Positions 38,057 to 52,038 of a stretch of 64,000 nt of DNA are shown here, piece after piece (positions within the stretch are counted from its first letter, which is position 1; the number at the start of each line of letters is the position of its first letter). The DNA lies in NCBI RefSeq assembly GCF_963921235.1, contig NC_086108.1:42348001-42412000 (forward strand), in the 5' to 3' direction. Under the pieces are notes generated by a model, which saw nothing but the letters and a program-made list of their open reading frames with translations, did not search any database and had not been told where the DNA came from. Origin of the DNA: Mobula hypostoma. Taxonomy: Eukaryota. The position numbers and the translations under genes are program-made.

Positions 38057-38560
38057 CATTCTCTGACATCTCCCTCCCCATTCTTGATCTTTCTGTCTCC
38101 ATTACTGGAGAAAAACTGTCAACCGACATTTTTTATATACTTACTGATTCCCACAGTTATCTTAACTATACCTCTTCCTACCCTATCCTCTGTAAAAATG
38201 ATATTTCCTTTTCTCTGCTCCAGCACCGCCACTGTATCTGTTCCCAGGATGCGGCTTTCCTTTCCAGGATATTAGGCAGGGTTTTTCTCACTCCAGTATT
38301 GATGCTGTCCTCACCTGCACCTCCTCCTTTTCCCGAACATCCGTGCTCACCCCATCTTCCTGCCGCTTTAACTGTGATGGAGTTCCTCTTGTCCTTACCT
38401 ACCACTGCATCAGCCTCTGCATCCAACGCATCATACTCCACAACTTCTGCCACCTCCAAAACGATCCTTCCATGATTCCCTTGTCCATTCGTCCCTCTCC
38501 ACTAATCTCCCTCCCAGCACTTATCTCTGGAGGCAGCCCAAGTGCTATACCTGTCCCTTC
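38057..38560 (+). mobile_element. Penelope-like reverse transcriptase/thumb fragment, fused to a CR1 tail (37845-38055, - strand)
   Basis: SLPILDLSVSITGEKLSTDIFYILTDSHSYLNYTSSYPILCKNDISFS and GVPLVLTYHCISLCIQRIILHNFCHLQNDP are typical Penelope motifs. Confidence 0.75.
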
Positions 38561-38944
38561 ATCTCCATTCAAGCTGCCCTTGAGCCTGTGAGTATGTGCT
38601 TTCAGGCTTTTGTATCTGCCTGATAGAAGAAAAGAGAATTTCCAGGGTGAGTGGGGTCTTTGATTATGCTGGCTGCTTTACTGAAGCAGCTAGAAGTATA
38701 GACAGAGTCCAGAAGCTGGTTTCTGTGGTGTGCTAAGCTGTCTCCACTACTCACTGCAGTTTCTTGTGGTCACATGCAGAGTAGTTGCATACCAATCTGT
38801 TATGCATCCAGATAGGATACTTTTTATGGAACATTGATAAAATTGGTAAGGGTCGATGGGGACATACCGAATTTCTTGAGCCTCCTTTATGCACCAGAGA
38901 TACATGTTAGGCCAGGTAGATGGCATCCACTGTAGCCATGTTAC

Positions 38945-41900
38945 CATAAGATACCGGAGCAGAATTAGGCCATCCAGCTAATCAAGTCTGGTGTGCTTTT
39001 TGATCATGGCTGATTTAGTTTCCCTCTCAACAGCGTTCTCCTGACTTGTCCCCATAACCTTTGATGCCCTTATTAATTAAGAACCTATCAATCTCTGCTT
39101 TAAATATTACCCAGTAACTTGGCCTCCACAGCTGTCTGTGGCGATCAATTCCATGGATTCACCACCTTCTGGCTGTTAAAAAAAAAATCCTCCTCATCTC
39201 TGTTCTAAAGGGAGATGCTTCTGTTGTGAGGATGTGTTCCTTCTGGTCCTACACTATCCCACTATTGTAACATCCTCTCTACATCCACTCTATATAGGCC
39301 TTTCAATGTTTGGTTGGTTTCAATTAGGTCCCCCTGATTCTTCTAAACTCCATCGAGTACAGGCCTAGAGCCATCAAATACTCCTCATGCATTAACCCTT
39401 TAATTCTGAAGAAAATTCTTATAAACATCCTCTAGACCCTCTCCATTGTCAGCACATCCTTTCTTAGATTTAGGACTCAGCATTGCTTACAATATTCCAA
39501 ATGTCTGAGCAATGCTTATAAATCTCAGCATTACATCCTTGTATTTGCATTTTAGTACTCTCAAAATGTATAGTAGAATTGCATTTGCCTATCTTACTAC
39601 CAATTCAACCTGCAAGCTAACCTATAGGGAACCATGGACTAGAATTCCCAAGTCCTGTTGCACCTCTAGTTTCTGAATTTGCTCCCCATTTAGAAAATAC
39701 TGTACACATTTATTCCTTCTACCAAAGTTTGTGACTATACTCTTCTCTGCACTATATTTCAGCTGCCACTTCTTTGCCCATTCTTCTAATCTTTCCAAGT
39801 CCTTTTGCAGACCCTGCTTCCTCAATACTACATGCCCTTCTACCTATCTTTGTATCATCCCCAAACTTGGCCACAAAACCTTCAAATTTGTCATTCATAT
39901 CATTAACAGAATTAGCAGACCCAACACCAACCCCTGCAGAACACCACTAGTCACTGGCGTACAACCAGCAAAAGGCCCCTTTTCTTCTACTCTTTGCCTT
40001 CTGTCAGTCAACCAATTTTCTGTCCTTGCTAGTGTTTTTCCTGTCATATCATTGGGCTCTTATTTTGCTTAGCAGCTTCATGTGTGGCACCTTGTCAAGG
40101 ACCTTATGAAAATCCAAGTAAACAACATCCACTAATTCTCCTTTCTCTGTCCTGCCTGTTATTTGCTCAAGGAATTCCAACAGATTTGTCAGGCAAAATT
40201 TTCCCTTAAGGAAGCTATGTTGACTTCAGCCTATTTTATTGCGTGCCTTTAAGACCTCATCTGTGTACCCTACATCATATCCTACGCCGTAGCCTGACTC
40301 ACACCTCCCCAAAAATGTAACTACGTGTCGCGGCGACGCAGACCACAATAACTGTGATTGGTCCGCTTTGTAGCATCGCATTTCCTGCTACGCTGCAATA
40401 GCTTGCCATTGGGCGACTGAAAGGCAGGGAAGGAACTCTGGCTGCAATGCTTTCCATAAAGCTTTACAGACCTCCAAAATTATGGAGGACCCTGTGCTTG
40501 ACGCCAGTCTGTAGCTAGCTGCTACAGCCTGTTGACTTCCACCTGAAGCTAAAACTCGAATGGTGATTGCCAGTCTCTGAGTATATTGTGCGTACACTGA
40601 TGCACAATAAATCCGTGGAGACGATGAACCAAATCGTCAAATCTACCTGCCGACATCCAAAAATATTTGAAATGCATTTCCTCGTCCATGTCTCTCAGTG
40701 GCCGGACAAGCACAAAAAATTCACCCTCCTTCAGTTTCAGTCGCCATTGTTTGAGGTTTGAGTTTCTTCCTGTTGAGTTTCAACACGAAGAAACTCAACA
40801 CAGTGGCATAGAAACCCCACCACCAACTAGTGTTTTGGCGGTGAATTGCAGAGCGACGCAGACACACCATCGCACAAGTATAAATGCTCACAATGGCATA
40901 GCCCATTTGCGTAGGCTATGGCGTAAGCTAGTATGCACAAGTATAAATCAACCTTAACATCTTGCCAAACACTGCAGTCAGACTAACTGGCCTGTAATTT
41001 CTCGTCTTCTCCCTCCCTCTTTCTTAGAGAGTGGAGTGATGTTTGTGATTTTCCAGTCCTCTCGATCCATTCCAGAATCTAGTTAACCTCTTTCAGGGTG
41101 TACTCCATGTGATCCAAATGACTTGTCTATCTTCAGACCTTTCAGCTTTCCAAGCACCTTCTCTTTAGTAAAGGTATCTGCTCATACTTCTGCCCTCCAT
41201 ACACTTGAATTTTTGGTAAGCTGCTGCTATCTGCCCCAGTGCCCCAGTGAAGTATGACAAAAAAAATACTTATTGAGTTCATCAGCTATTTCTTTGTTCC
41301 CCATTACTACCTCTCCAGCATTATTTTCCAGCAGTACAGTGTCTTCTCTTTGACTCTTTATATATCTCCAAAAAAGTATCCTATTTTATAGTATTGGCTT
41401 TATAATTAATCTTTTCTCTTCTTATTGCTTTTTTTAAATTGCCTTCTGTTGGCTTTTAAAAGCTTTTCAATCCTCTAGCTTCCCACTAATTTTTTTTGTA
41501 TGGTATGCCCTTCCTTTTGTGTTTATGCTTTGACGTCTCTTGTAAGCTGCAGTTGCCTCATTAATACTTGGAATGAACTGATCCTGCATCTTCTGAATTA
41601 CTCCCAGAAGCTCCAGCCATTGCTGCTCTACCGTCATCCCTGCTCATGTTCCCTTCCAATCAGTTTTGGCCAGATCCTCTGTCGCGTCTCTGTGGTTACT
41701 TTTATTAAACTGTAATACTAATACATCTAATTTAGCTTAACCCTATCAAACTGCAGAGTGAGTTCTATCATATTAGATCAATGTCTGTTAAAGGTTCCTT
41801 ACCTTAAGCTCCGTAATCAAATCTGGTTCATTACAGAACATCCAATCCAGAATAGCCTTTTCCATAGTGGGCTCAACCACAAGCTACTTTAAAAAGCCAT

Positions 41901-42330
41901 CCCATAGGCACTCTACAAATTCTTGTTCTAGGGATCCAGCATCAACCTGGTTTTCCCAATTTACCTGCATATTAAAATCCCCCATGACCATTGTAAAATT
42001 GCCCTTTTTTTATATGCCTTTTCTTTCTCCCGCTGTAATTTGTACCCCACACCCTAGCTACTGATTGGAGACCTGTATATAACTTCCATCAGGGTGTTTT
42101 TACCCTTGCACTTTCTTAACTCTAACCACAAGAATTCTGTACCTTTCGATCCTCTGTCACCTCTTTCTAAGAATTTGATTTCATATTTTACCAGTCAAGC
42201 CATCCTTTTAATACAATATGTATCCTTAGATGTTAATAGTCGTACTTTGTTGATCCAAGGGGAAATTGGTTAAGCTCCCAGGTAAAATCTTATTTGGACG
42301 CAACTTGATGCCCACAATGTCATACCTGCT
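38945..42330 (-). mobile_element. Degenerate CR1 LINE, inserted in a Rex-type element and split by a Harbinger
   Basis: Remnants LQKDLERLEEWAKKWQ, TSGVLQGLVLG and VYLDFHKVLDKVPH. Collinear with the young CR1 at 14357-16808. Confidence 0.8.
40262..40954 (-). mobile_element. PIF/Harbinger non-autonomous DNA transposon
   Basis: Transposase remnant [51 protein letters not shown] (HARBI1-like). The right end cacaagtataaatcaacct is followed by TAA, and the left TIR appears truncated. CpG-rich. Confidence 0.8.
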
Positions 42331-42409
42331 GTTCAGTGAGTGGTAGGCAACTTGCAGTGGGTCAAGATTGTCTAAGAGGCTGGAGCTAACACAGCCTCTC
42401 AAAGCACTT

Positions 42410-43700
42410 CATGAGTCAGAATCAGGTTTAATATCACTGACATGTATCATGAAATTTCTTGTTTTGTGGCAGTAGTAGATTGCAATACCTAACAAAAAAA
42501 ATCGGCAATTTAAAATAAGAAATAAATATATTTTAAAATAAATAAATAGTGCAAAAAGATAGCAGAAATGAAAACAAAAATAAGGTAGCGTACATGGGTT
42601 CATTGTCCATTCAGAAATCTTATGGCTGAGGGGAAGAAGCAGTTCTTAAGACGTGTGTATCTTCCGGTTCCTGTACCACCACCTTGATGGTAGCAATGTG
42701 AAGAGGGCATGTCTTGGGTGATGGGGTTCTTAATGATGGATGCTTCCTTTATGAGGCATCACCTTTTGAAAATGTCCTCAGTGCTTGGGAAGCTAGTGCC
42801 CATGATGGAGCTAACTGAGTTTGCAACTTTTTGCAGCTTTTTCCAATCCTGTGCAGTGGCTCCTCCGTACCAGACAGTGATGCAACTGGTCAGAATGCTC
42901 TTCACGGTACATGTGTAGAAATTTGTGAGAGTCTTTGGTGACATACCAAGTCTCAAACTCCTAATAAAATATAGCTGCTGTCATATCTTCTTTGTAATTG
43001 CATCAATATGTTAGAACTAGGATAAATTTTTAGAGACATTGACATCCAGGAACTTAAAACTGCTTACCCTTTCCATTACTGATCCTTCTATGAGGACTGG
43101 TATGTGTTTCCTCGACTTCCTCATTCTGAAGTTCACAATCAATTCCTTGGTCTAACTGACATTGAGTGCAAGTTTGTAGTTGCAACACCACTCAGCTGAC
43201 TGATATATCTCACATGTATACCTCCTTGTCACCATCTGAAATTTTGTCAACAATGATTGTGTCATTGACAAATTTATAGATGGCATTTGAGCTAAGGATA
43301 GCCACCCAGTTGTGGGTTTAGAGACAGTAAAACAGTGGGCTAAGCACACTTGCTTTGAGGTACAGTGTTAATTTTCAGTGAGAAGGAGATGTTATTTCAG
43401 ATCCACGCTGACTGTGGTCTCCCGATGAGGAAGTCAAGGATCCATTTGCAGAGGGAGATACAGAGATCAAGTTTTAGAGCTTGTTGATCAATATTGAGGG
43501 TATGAACGCTGAAATGTAATCAATTAACAGTAGCCTTATGTAGGGATTGCTATTGTGCAGATAATCCAAGGCTGAGTAGAGAGTGGCATCCAAGGTGGAC
43601 CAATTGTGGCAATAGGCAAATTGCAGCTAGTCCAGGTCCATGCTTAGGCAGGAGTTGATTCTAGCCATGACTAACCTCTCAAAGCACTTCATCACCCTAG
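42410..43700 (-). mobile_element. Rex/Babar-type LINE 3' part
   Basis: ORF MSPKTLTNFYTCTVKSILTSCITVWYGGATAQDWKKLQKVANSVSSIMGT (DUF1891-like region). gattctgac tail at 42415. ctagc/tctcaaagcacttcat is repeated at ~42385-42412 and ~43675-43692. Confidence 0.85.
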
Positions 43701-44959
43701 ATGTGAGTAGTTGTTGGTTGATGATAGGGCGGTAGTCATTTAAGCACTTATCTAGGGCCTAGGCAAAATCTTGGTACCTTCCTAACCACTACCCTCTTGA
43801 GTGCTAATTTGTATTAATGTTCTTGGTCCTATAGTGAAAATATACAAGATATTATAGTATCTTAATAAAAATATAATAATCAAAACAAGCTGCACTCGAT
43901 ACGTACTCCTCAAGTACTTTAATAAAGAGGTCTGTTGGCCTGTACCTGCTTTTCCAAGCATCTGCTGCAAACCCATGGATACTGTGGAGAGGGCAGGAAA
44001 AGGGTACTGATTGTGGATGATCAGCCATGATCACAGTGAATGGCGATGCTGGCTCGAAGGTCTGAATGGCCTACTCCACCTATTGTCTGTTGTCTGTGAG
44101 GGGTACCTGGAGTCAACCTCCACCCATCATTTATGTTGTTGCAACAATAAATGTCATAGTTTTCTGTGGAGATACAACTGGTGATAGTGTTGGGTTGGCT
44201 CAGGTGTGTGGTGTGATTGTTAGCATTGCAAAGAGGTGCTCAGCTCCATCTTAGCAGGCACAGCATATTGGCAGCATCTGCTTCATGTGCTAACAGACCC
44301 TTCAGCTTCATCTCTGGTTATGTGTGATGGAGATAGCTGTCACCAGCACAGAATTTCTCTGCGAAAAGCTCTAATGGTTCCAGGAATTTGAGCTTGCAGA
44401 GTCAGGGCATTGTGTTCACTTGTGCAGCAGTCACTGTGGTTTCCCTACAGTGGCCCACACTCACCATACCAGCCAGGGCTTGGCATTAGAGACCAACACA
44501 GCTTGCCCAACATCTTCAGGCAGCTTCTCCATTATGAACAATGTGTGATTCTTTGATGCAGAACTGCCACTGGAGGGCAAGGAATAAAGCAAATTCCCAT
44601 TGCAGTAGTGGGAAGAGCAAGAGTTGGCCTTAGATTCCCAGCAATGCGACATTGTCAAATACACATTACTGTATGTTATAATGCTTTATTTTAGTTTTGA
44701 TTCCTTTTAGTGTTCTCATTCCTGAGAACACAATTAAGGCATGAAACTTGGTAGCAGTATATTGTGCACACTTTTGGTGGTCTTAATTGAGAAAAAGATA
44801 TACTTGCCATAAAGGGAGTGGTGTGGCAATTCATCACATTGGCAGTCCTTCCTAGCGTGTCACACCAGACAGTCAGCTATTCTTGTCTGGCACATAGTGT
44901 CAGGATTGGTCTCCTTTCAGATTAACCGGGTCACGATATGAATGTTCCTGATTCGACCC

Positions 44960-45055
44960 TTTTTTTTTTACGAGGCCGAGTGGCTAGTGTGGCCCGACTT
45001 GGATTCGAACTCGGGAGCCTAGTCCGGCGCTGATGCCACTGCGCCACCAGCCGGC
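44960..45055 (-). mobile_element. Very short tRNA-derived SINE with poly(A) tail
   Basis: Reverse complement: gccggctggTGGCGCAGTGGcatcagcgccggactaggctcccGAGTTCGAATCcaagtcgggcc...cctcgtAAAAAAAAAA, showing Pol III A and B boxes. Confidence 0.75.
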
Positions 45056-45639
45056 CTAGGGTTGGCAGTGTTGCCATAGGAAGAGGGAATGAATAGACTA
45101 GGTCTGCATTTAGATCCCATTGGAACTTAAATAAAAAATTCCTGGGCATGCCAGTGTCATTGCAAAATCGACATTTTTCTAGCTGAAGAGTCTGGAACTG
45201 TGGGGAGTGGGTTCAGAATATGAAGTATACCAGAATTCTTCAAACTGTGCTGAATCTTTGTAATTTTCTATCCCAAATAACTGTGGGGACTTATTCATTG
45301 AGCCCATTTAAAACTGATGGATAGATTTCTGGATGTAAAAGGAATCAAAGGATATGCAGGAATATAGTATTTAGAAAGAAAATCAGCCATGATTTTTGAT
45401 GAATGACAGAATAGGCTCAAATGGTTATATGGGCAATTCTCATTCCTGATTCCTGTGTTATTGTAGGAATTATTTTTAATCTAGTTTTATTGTAGGAAAT
45501 ATAGCTTTGATTTGTGTGTAGCATGGTCCCATGGAAGTGAAGTGATAATGGCATGATAGTCCGTCTCAGGAATATTTTAGGTATCATCATTGGACAGAAC
45601 ATTGCATACATCATTAACACTTTCAGCTGCTAAGACAAA

Positions 45640-45950
45640 TATTTCAGATACTGAAAGGCCTGGATAGAGTGGATGTGAAGAGGATATTTTCATTAGAGAG
45701 TCTAAAATCCCAGGGCACAGCATCAGAACAAAGTGATGTTCCTTTGAATCTGAGATGAGGAGAATTTTTTCCCGCCAGCTGGTGATGAATCTCTTGATTT
45801 CATTGCCACGGAGATCTGTAGGGGCCAAGTCATTGGGTATGTTTAAGGCAGAGATTGATCGATTCTTGATTAAGGGGTTAAGGGTTGCAGGGAGAAGGCA
45901 GGAGAAAAGGGTTGTGGAATAAAAAACCCAAGATTGAAAGGCAGAACAAA
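45640..45950 (+). mobile_element. CR1 LINE 3' fragment
   Basis: aaaggcctggatagagtggatgtg...gagatgaggagaattttttc...gccaagtcattgggtatgtttaaggcagagattgat. Confidence 0.8.
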
Positions 45951-46496
45951 TTCAGATCTTACAAATTTTATTGTTGTAACACAGAAATGCTTTTCTAAGA
46001 ACATGATTAGATCAGTTAATAATCATGTTTCTAATGTTCACACAGTGAATTAAGGCAAACAGAAACAATTTAGCAGGAATTTGCTGGGCAGAATAGATCA
46101 TCCGTAGCACTTCAACCCATTATAATATACTTCGGATTTTCTAAGCTCAGTGATGTATGAATGCCAATGAAGGCTGAAGTCTTATAAGTGTCCTCTGCTG
46201 AGAAAGAGAGAATTGTGTTTATTGTTCAATCATAAATGACATTAAATGTAACATAATTGGAAATACAGTTTCATGACATGCTTGTGAATAAGCAAGATAT
46301 TTTAAGAGCTATGATGATATTCTTTGGGGGGTTGCAGCAAATATGTTGAACTTTCACATTCAAATTTGGATGTGCTTGAGAAATTGAGAGACAATCTTGG
46401 GAATTATGAGTTAAAGACTGAATAAAACATGTAGCTTAATTTTGGTGAAGTACAGTAAAACTTATAAAAACTTTAAATTATATGCTTTATTTATAG

Positions 46497-46685
<189 letters not shown>

Positions 46686-47554
46686 TAGTTTAGAACTTTA
46701 TTTTACATTGTAAATGAAGTAACATTCAAAAAACAAAACCATTTATACACTTTCTGAATCAAATTTTTTGTACATTTCATTTCACTCTGCTTTGTATCAT
46801 CATTTATTATTTAATCAATCCTTTCCTGTGTGCTTCATCCACTGTTGATATTTTCTTGCACCTTTCTTTATTAAATGACGTTTAAAAATACTTATTTTAT
46901 GAGTATCATTCAGTTCTACTCATATCATTGCCCTGAAACAGTTGGCTCCTTTCTTGCAGTTTTTACTTAAGTTTTCTAGCCTGCGCATGTTCAAGGATTG
47001 ATTATTTAGAGAGCTTTTTTTTTGTGCTGAGTTGGGAACATCTTTGTTGGGGTTTTGTTTTTGTATGCATTATATACACTATGTTCACATTGCCCAAATT
47101 CATCTTATGCGTTGTTCAAAAAATGGTTTGCTCTTATCACCCTGAACTCGATATTTAGAAGTACTGTATCTAAATTAATTTAATTCATAAAACCTCCTGG
47201 AAATACTCAGCAGTGAAGAATAATTTCCTGGAAATGTTCCATATGAATTGATTCAAATGTGACCACAAATCATCACTGATAATTTGCTTAACTGAATTCT
47301 TTCCAGTAACATCCTTTATGCCACCTTGTGCCATGAAATTATCAGATTCTGTTCTGCTCCGAATGCAGAAAACCTTGATAATTCAGTATCTAATTAGTTG
47401 AAAATCCCTATGGTTCGCGAGTCTTTCTGACTGGAACACTAGTTCTTGTGCTCCATGCGTACTGAGTTTGCTGGAAATTTTGTTATACCATTTTGTAAGT
47501 ATTTGGTTTTAAAGTGAACTAAAAGTGCATTGGATATTTATAGGGGTAATAGCC

Positions 47555-48050
47555 AACCGGTCTGGAAGAACTTAGTCCAACATAACCTAGTCCATCACAA
47601 GCAAAGCCTTCCCCATTATTGAGCACATGTACACAGAGAGCTGTCACAGGAAAGCAGCATCCATCATCAAGGACCCCCATCATCCAGGACAAGCTCTGTT
47701 CTTGCTGCTGCCATCAGGACCCACACCATCAGGTTAAGGAGCAGTTATTACTGCTCAACCATCAGACTCTTGAACCGGGGGTATAGTTTCAGTCAACTTC
47801 ACTCTCCCCATCACTGAACTGTTCCCACAACCTAAGGATGCTCCATCTCATGTCTCTACTTATTGTTTATTTCTTTCTTTTTGTATTTGCACAGTTTGTT
47901 GTCTTTTGCACATTGGTTGTTTGTTCGTCCTGTTGGATACAGTCTTTTATTGATTCTGTTGTGTTTCTTGTATTTACTGTGACCACCCACAGTATATGGT
48001 GATCTATGTGTACTTTGATATTAAACTTACATTGAATTTTGAACTTTGAA
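47555..48050 (+). mobile_element. Rex/Babar-type LINE 3' end
   Basis: aggaaagcagcatccatcatcaaggacccccatcatccagg (KAASIIKDPHHPG), with a (tttgaac)n tail. Confidence 0.8.
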
Positions 48051-49168
48051 CCAAAGTCTTAGGGTGTTGGATGAGTAAAGTTTTGCTGTATCTTCTCATC
48101 ATATGTTGGTACCTATCAGTCATTTTTTTTCTCATGAAGGTGTTAAATTATGACTTCACATACTATTTTCCCCTTTTAAAATTTAGAACTCCAGCACTGA
48201 TGTTCAAAGATCACTTAAATGTCAAATTAACTAGTATGATGAAAGTGAGTGTCAGCTGGCTGTTATTTTGCCCACAGAAAGTTAAACATAAACATCTGTT
48301 GGTCCATTTTATTCATCTTTTGCACGTTAATGCTGCAAGTTCATATTAAAAAAAATGATTGGTAAAGTTATTGGAAAAAGATAGTTTTCATGTATTGATT
48401 TAATCAAAATAGGCAACAAAGGACATTCCACGCAATTAGGTAACATCACACACAAGCACAAATATATTGGGATGAGCCTTGCAATAAATCTAGCTAGTAT
48501 GCAATTATCATACATTTATTTTGGAATAAGATTATGGTGTAGAAGAAATGTTTTGTCTTTCTAAAAAAAGGGTTTGATTTAATGACTCTCCAACGATTTA
48601 GAGACACATCAGAGCCCTGTTTCCCTTCTGTTGTAGATAATGTAGAATAGCCAATTAAGCCAGGTTATCCCTTTCTGCCCAATGCTGAAGATATTGATTA
48701 TGAAATGTTTCTATAGTGGTGGATACAATACTGTTATTTGTGCTGAACTGTTACCTGTTTAACTGAAGCAAACAAAGTAACCAAGTGCAATCCTTTTGCT
48801 TGTTAAAACATAAACAATGTTTAATCATGCATGAGCACAGAAACCAGTCATTCTTAACACTATACGGTTTTAATATCAGTTTGTGGTGAGCTCCAGTTAA
48901 TGTCTACACAGATCTATGTTAGAACCATCCTGGTCAAGATGATCTGAGACTCCAGCAGTACAAATATACTGACCTGTTAGATCAAGTACTATTGTACAGT
49001 CTTAAAACAATTCCCTGTCTACTTTTGCTACATCACCTAAAATGCAAGGATAGGAAAAGTAAGTTATGTGACAAAAATTTTAGTTCAATAAGTTGATGTA
49101 TGCACTGGGTTCTTGGTTTAGTTAGATGAGAAAACATTAGTTTGGTTATGCCATCTGAATATATTTAG

Positions 49169-49288
<120 letters not shown>

Positions 49289-49987
49289 TGAATTTTTCTT
49301 TTCCATACTACTGTTCACCTCCCATACATTGATAATTCCATACACACCCCATCCCCATCCCCCACAGATGCAGCTCAGACCTTGTTGATTGAGGGTTCCA
49401 CATTTGCAGTCTCTTGTGTCTACACCTTCTATTAGTCTGCTTTCTGGTTTAAGTCAACTGCTCTTTTTGGGATGCATCCAGTGATTGCTCTTTTCTCTCT
49501 TAAATGAAGAGATGGATAGGGAAATTGGTTACCAAGGCAACAAGTTACACTTCCGTTGCATTTATATAACTAATCATTTGAAATTTATTAAATCTGCTGG
49601 AAGAACTTCAAAAATATTGCAGCTCAGTTGCAAATAAGGCAGACAGCACTGAAAAAGTATTTGAATTTTAGTTTATAGTAATTTCAATAAGTCAGCAGGC
49701 AAATTTCTTTCTTAGAAGTGAAGGGGAAACTTTAAACTTAAAAAAAAAACAGCCTTGACTACCTTTTTCAGATGTATTTTCTACAGTTCTAAATAATGTT
49801 GCTTAAAGTTTCTATTAAAAACCAGTGCTGTCTTTTCTCAAACTTGCATCATTCTGAACTGAAAATCTAGGAGTGAGTATAACTTCATGTGCACTGACAG
49901 GCCAGAAACTGAGGGTAATTGGCTCCCATTCACAGCTTGGGTTGGGAAAGGTTGATCCAGTGCACTGCCTTATCAGCTCTGGAAGTA

Positions 49988-51503
49988 CAGTTGCAAGAAA
50001 TAGTTTGTGAACCCTTTGCAGTTACCTGATTTTCTGCATTAATTACCCATAAAACGTCGTCTGCTCTTCATCTAAGTCACAATAATAGGCAAACACAATT
50101 TGCCTAATAATAACACACAGACAATTGTACTTTTCATGTTTTCATTGAACACATTATTTAATCATTCATAGTTCAGGCTGGAAAAAAGTATGTGAACCCT
50201 TGTATTTAATAACTGGTAAAACTTCCTTCCAGCAATAACCTCCACCAAATATTTACTGTAGCTGCTGATCAGACTTGCACAAAAGCAAGGAGGAATTTTA
50301 GACCATTCCTCCATGCAAAACTGTTGAAGTGCTTCAATATTTCTGGGATACCTTGCATGAACAGCCCTCTTCAGGCCACAGCATTTCAATTTGGTTAAGA
50401 TCTGGATATTCCAAAGTTTGAATTATCTTCTTTTTAAACCATTCTGTTGTTGATTTATTCTCATGTTTTGGATCATTGTCTTGTGCCTTATCCAACTACT
50501 ATTAAGCTTCAGGTGATGGACTGTTACACTGACATTCTCCTGTAAAATGTCCTGATACAATTTTGAATTCAATGTTCCCTGGACATTTGCAAGCTGTCCA
50601 GACCCTGAGGGAGCAAAGCAGCCCCAAACCACGTTGCTCCTTCCACCATGCTTCACAGTTGAGATGAGGTTTTGGTGTTGGTGTGCAGTGCCTTTTTTCC
50701 TCCAAACATAGTAGTATGCATTTGTGCCAAAAAGTTTAATTTTTGTCTCATCTGCCCTCTGAACATCGTCCCAAAGGCATTGTGGAACATCTTTTGCAAA
50801 GTTGATACATGCAGCAATGTTTTTTTTTGGAGAGCAGTGATTTCCTCTGTGTCTTTCCAGGTTTTTCTTATATTGGAGTCATGAACAGGGACTCTAGCAA
50901 GTTCTAGAGATTTCTGCAGGTCTTTTGCTGTTATCCTTGGGTTCTTTTTCACCTCCTTCAGCATTGCACGTTGTGCTCTTGGTCTGATCTTTGTAGGCTG
51001 CCCACTCCGAGGGAGAGTAGCAACAGTACTGAATTTCCTCCCTTTGTAGACAATTTCTCCTACAGTAGACTGATGTATCTTTACAATTCTTCTTCTAAAG
51101 TCCTCTGAAAGTTGTTTTGATTGAGGCATGGTGCAGATAAACAGATCTTTCTTGAGAAGAGCGGGCTCTTTCAGTAACCTGAGATTGTGTGTCTTTTTGA
51201 TAGGGCAGGGTACCTCTACATCTCACACCTCCAATCTCATCTCATTGTTTAGGACACCTGACTCTAAATAGCTTTTGTAGAAGATAATGCCTCAGAGGTT
51301 CACATACTTACTTTTTACTTAGACTGTGATTGTTCAAATGGAGTACTCAGTATTGATGCAAAGTACAATTGTTTGTATATTATTTAGACAGATTGTGTTT
51401 GTCTATTATTGTGACTTAGATGAAGATCAGACCACATTTTATGAGTAATTAACGCAGAAAACTAGGTAATTGCAAAGGGTTTACCAACTTTTTCTTGCAA
51501 CTG
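49988..51503 (-). mobile_element. Tc1-family DNA transposon with long TIRs and a frameshifted transposase
   Basis: TA|cagttgcaagaaa...tttcttgcaactg|TA, with roughly 200-bp inverted repeats. Transposase pieces MPQSKQLSEDFRRRIV...LPRSGQPTKI...KNPRITAKDLQ, KHGGRSNVVWGCF and [28 protein letters not shown]. Confidence 0.92.
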
Positions 51504-52038
51504 TAGGTCCCAGTAGCTTTGTGATGACCTTACACCAGCAAGGCGGTCTGATTCCTTCAATATCTCCTGTCAGGTTAATGTATCTACCATTTTTCCATTT
51601 TTAATTGCTAACCCCTGTCCTGAGCCTCCATGCAAATCCAACAGCGGGTTCCTCTGTCATATTGTCACCACTGTGTCTCCTCTCTGGTTTCTGTTGACTG
51701 CCATTTGTGGAACAATTTTAATGATTACTCTTCAGAGCTTCAATGAAATGTTTTTCTGGGCTTTTTTCTTTTAAATGATCACAGATGAAAATTTTTAAAA
51801 CTGTGCTGCTTTTGATATAATTAGTACATGCTGCTGCCAAATGTTTAAACTGCTGTGTTAATTTTGAAGAGAAAAGTATTTAATAATAGACTGAATTGTT
51901 GCATTGTATATGGTTACAATTTTGTATTTTATCAGTAAACGTCAATTGCAACTGCAGTTTCCATCTTGGAAATGTTTAATTCCTTTGATGCTGTGAGAAT
52001 ACTGTATGTGGGTGTCAGACTAATAGTCAAGTTGAGAA

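Noticed and set aside
40388..40597. HARBI1-like host gene exon
   Set aside because: It is frameshifted, has a TIR-like end followed by TAA, and is inserted in a CR1, so it is a transposon remnant.
42759..42956. ORF resembling the DUF1891 region sometimes annotated as ALKBH8-like
   Set aside because: It is the C-terminus of a Rex/Babar-type LINE ORF and is repeated several times in the window.
44960..45055. Functional tRNA gene
   Set aside because: The anticodon arm is shortened, there is no clear acceptor stem, and a poly(A) tail follows, which is SINE-like.
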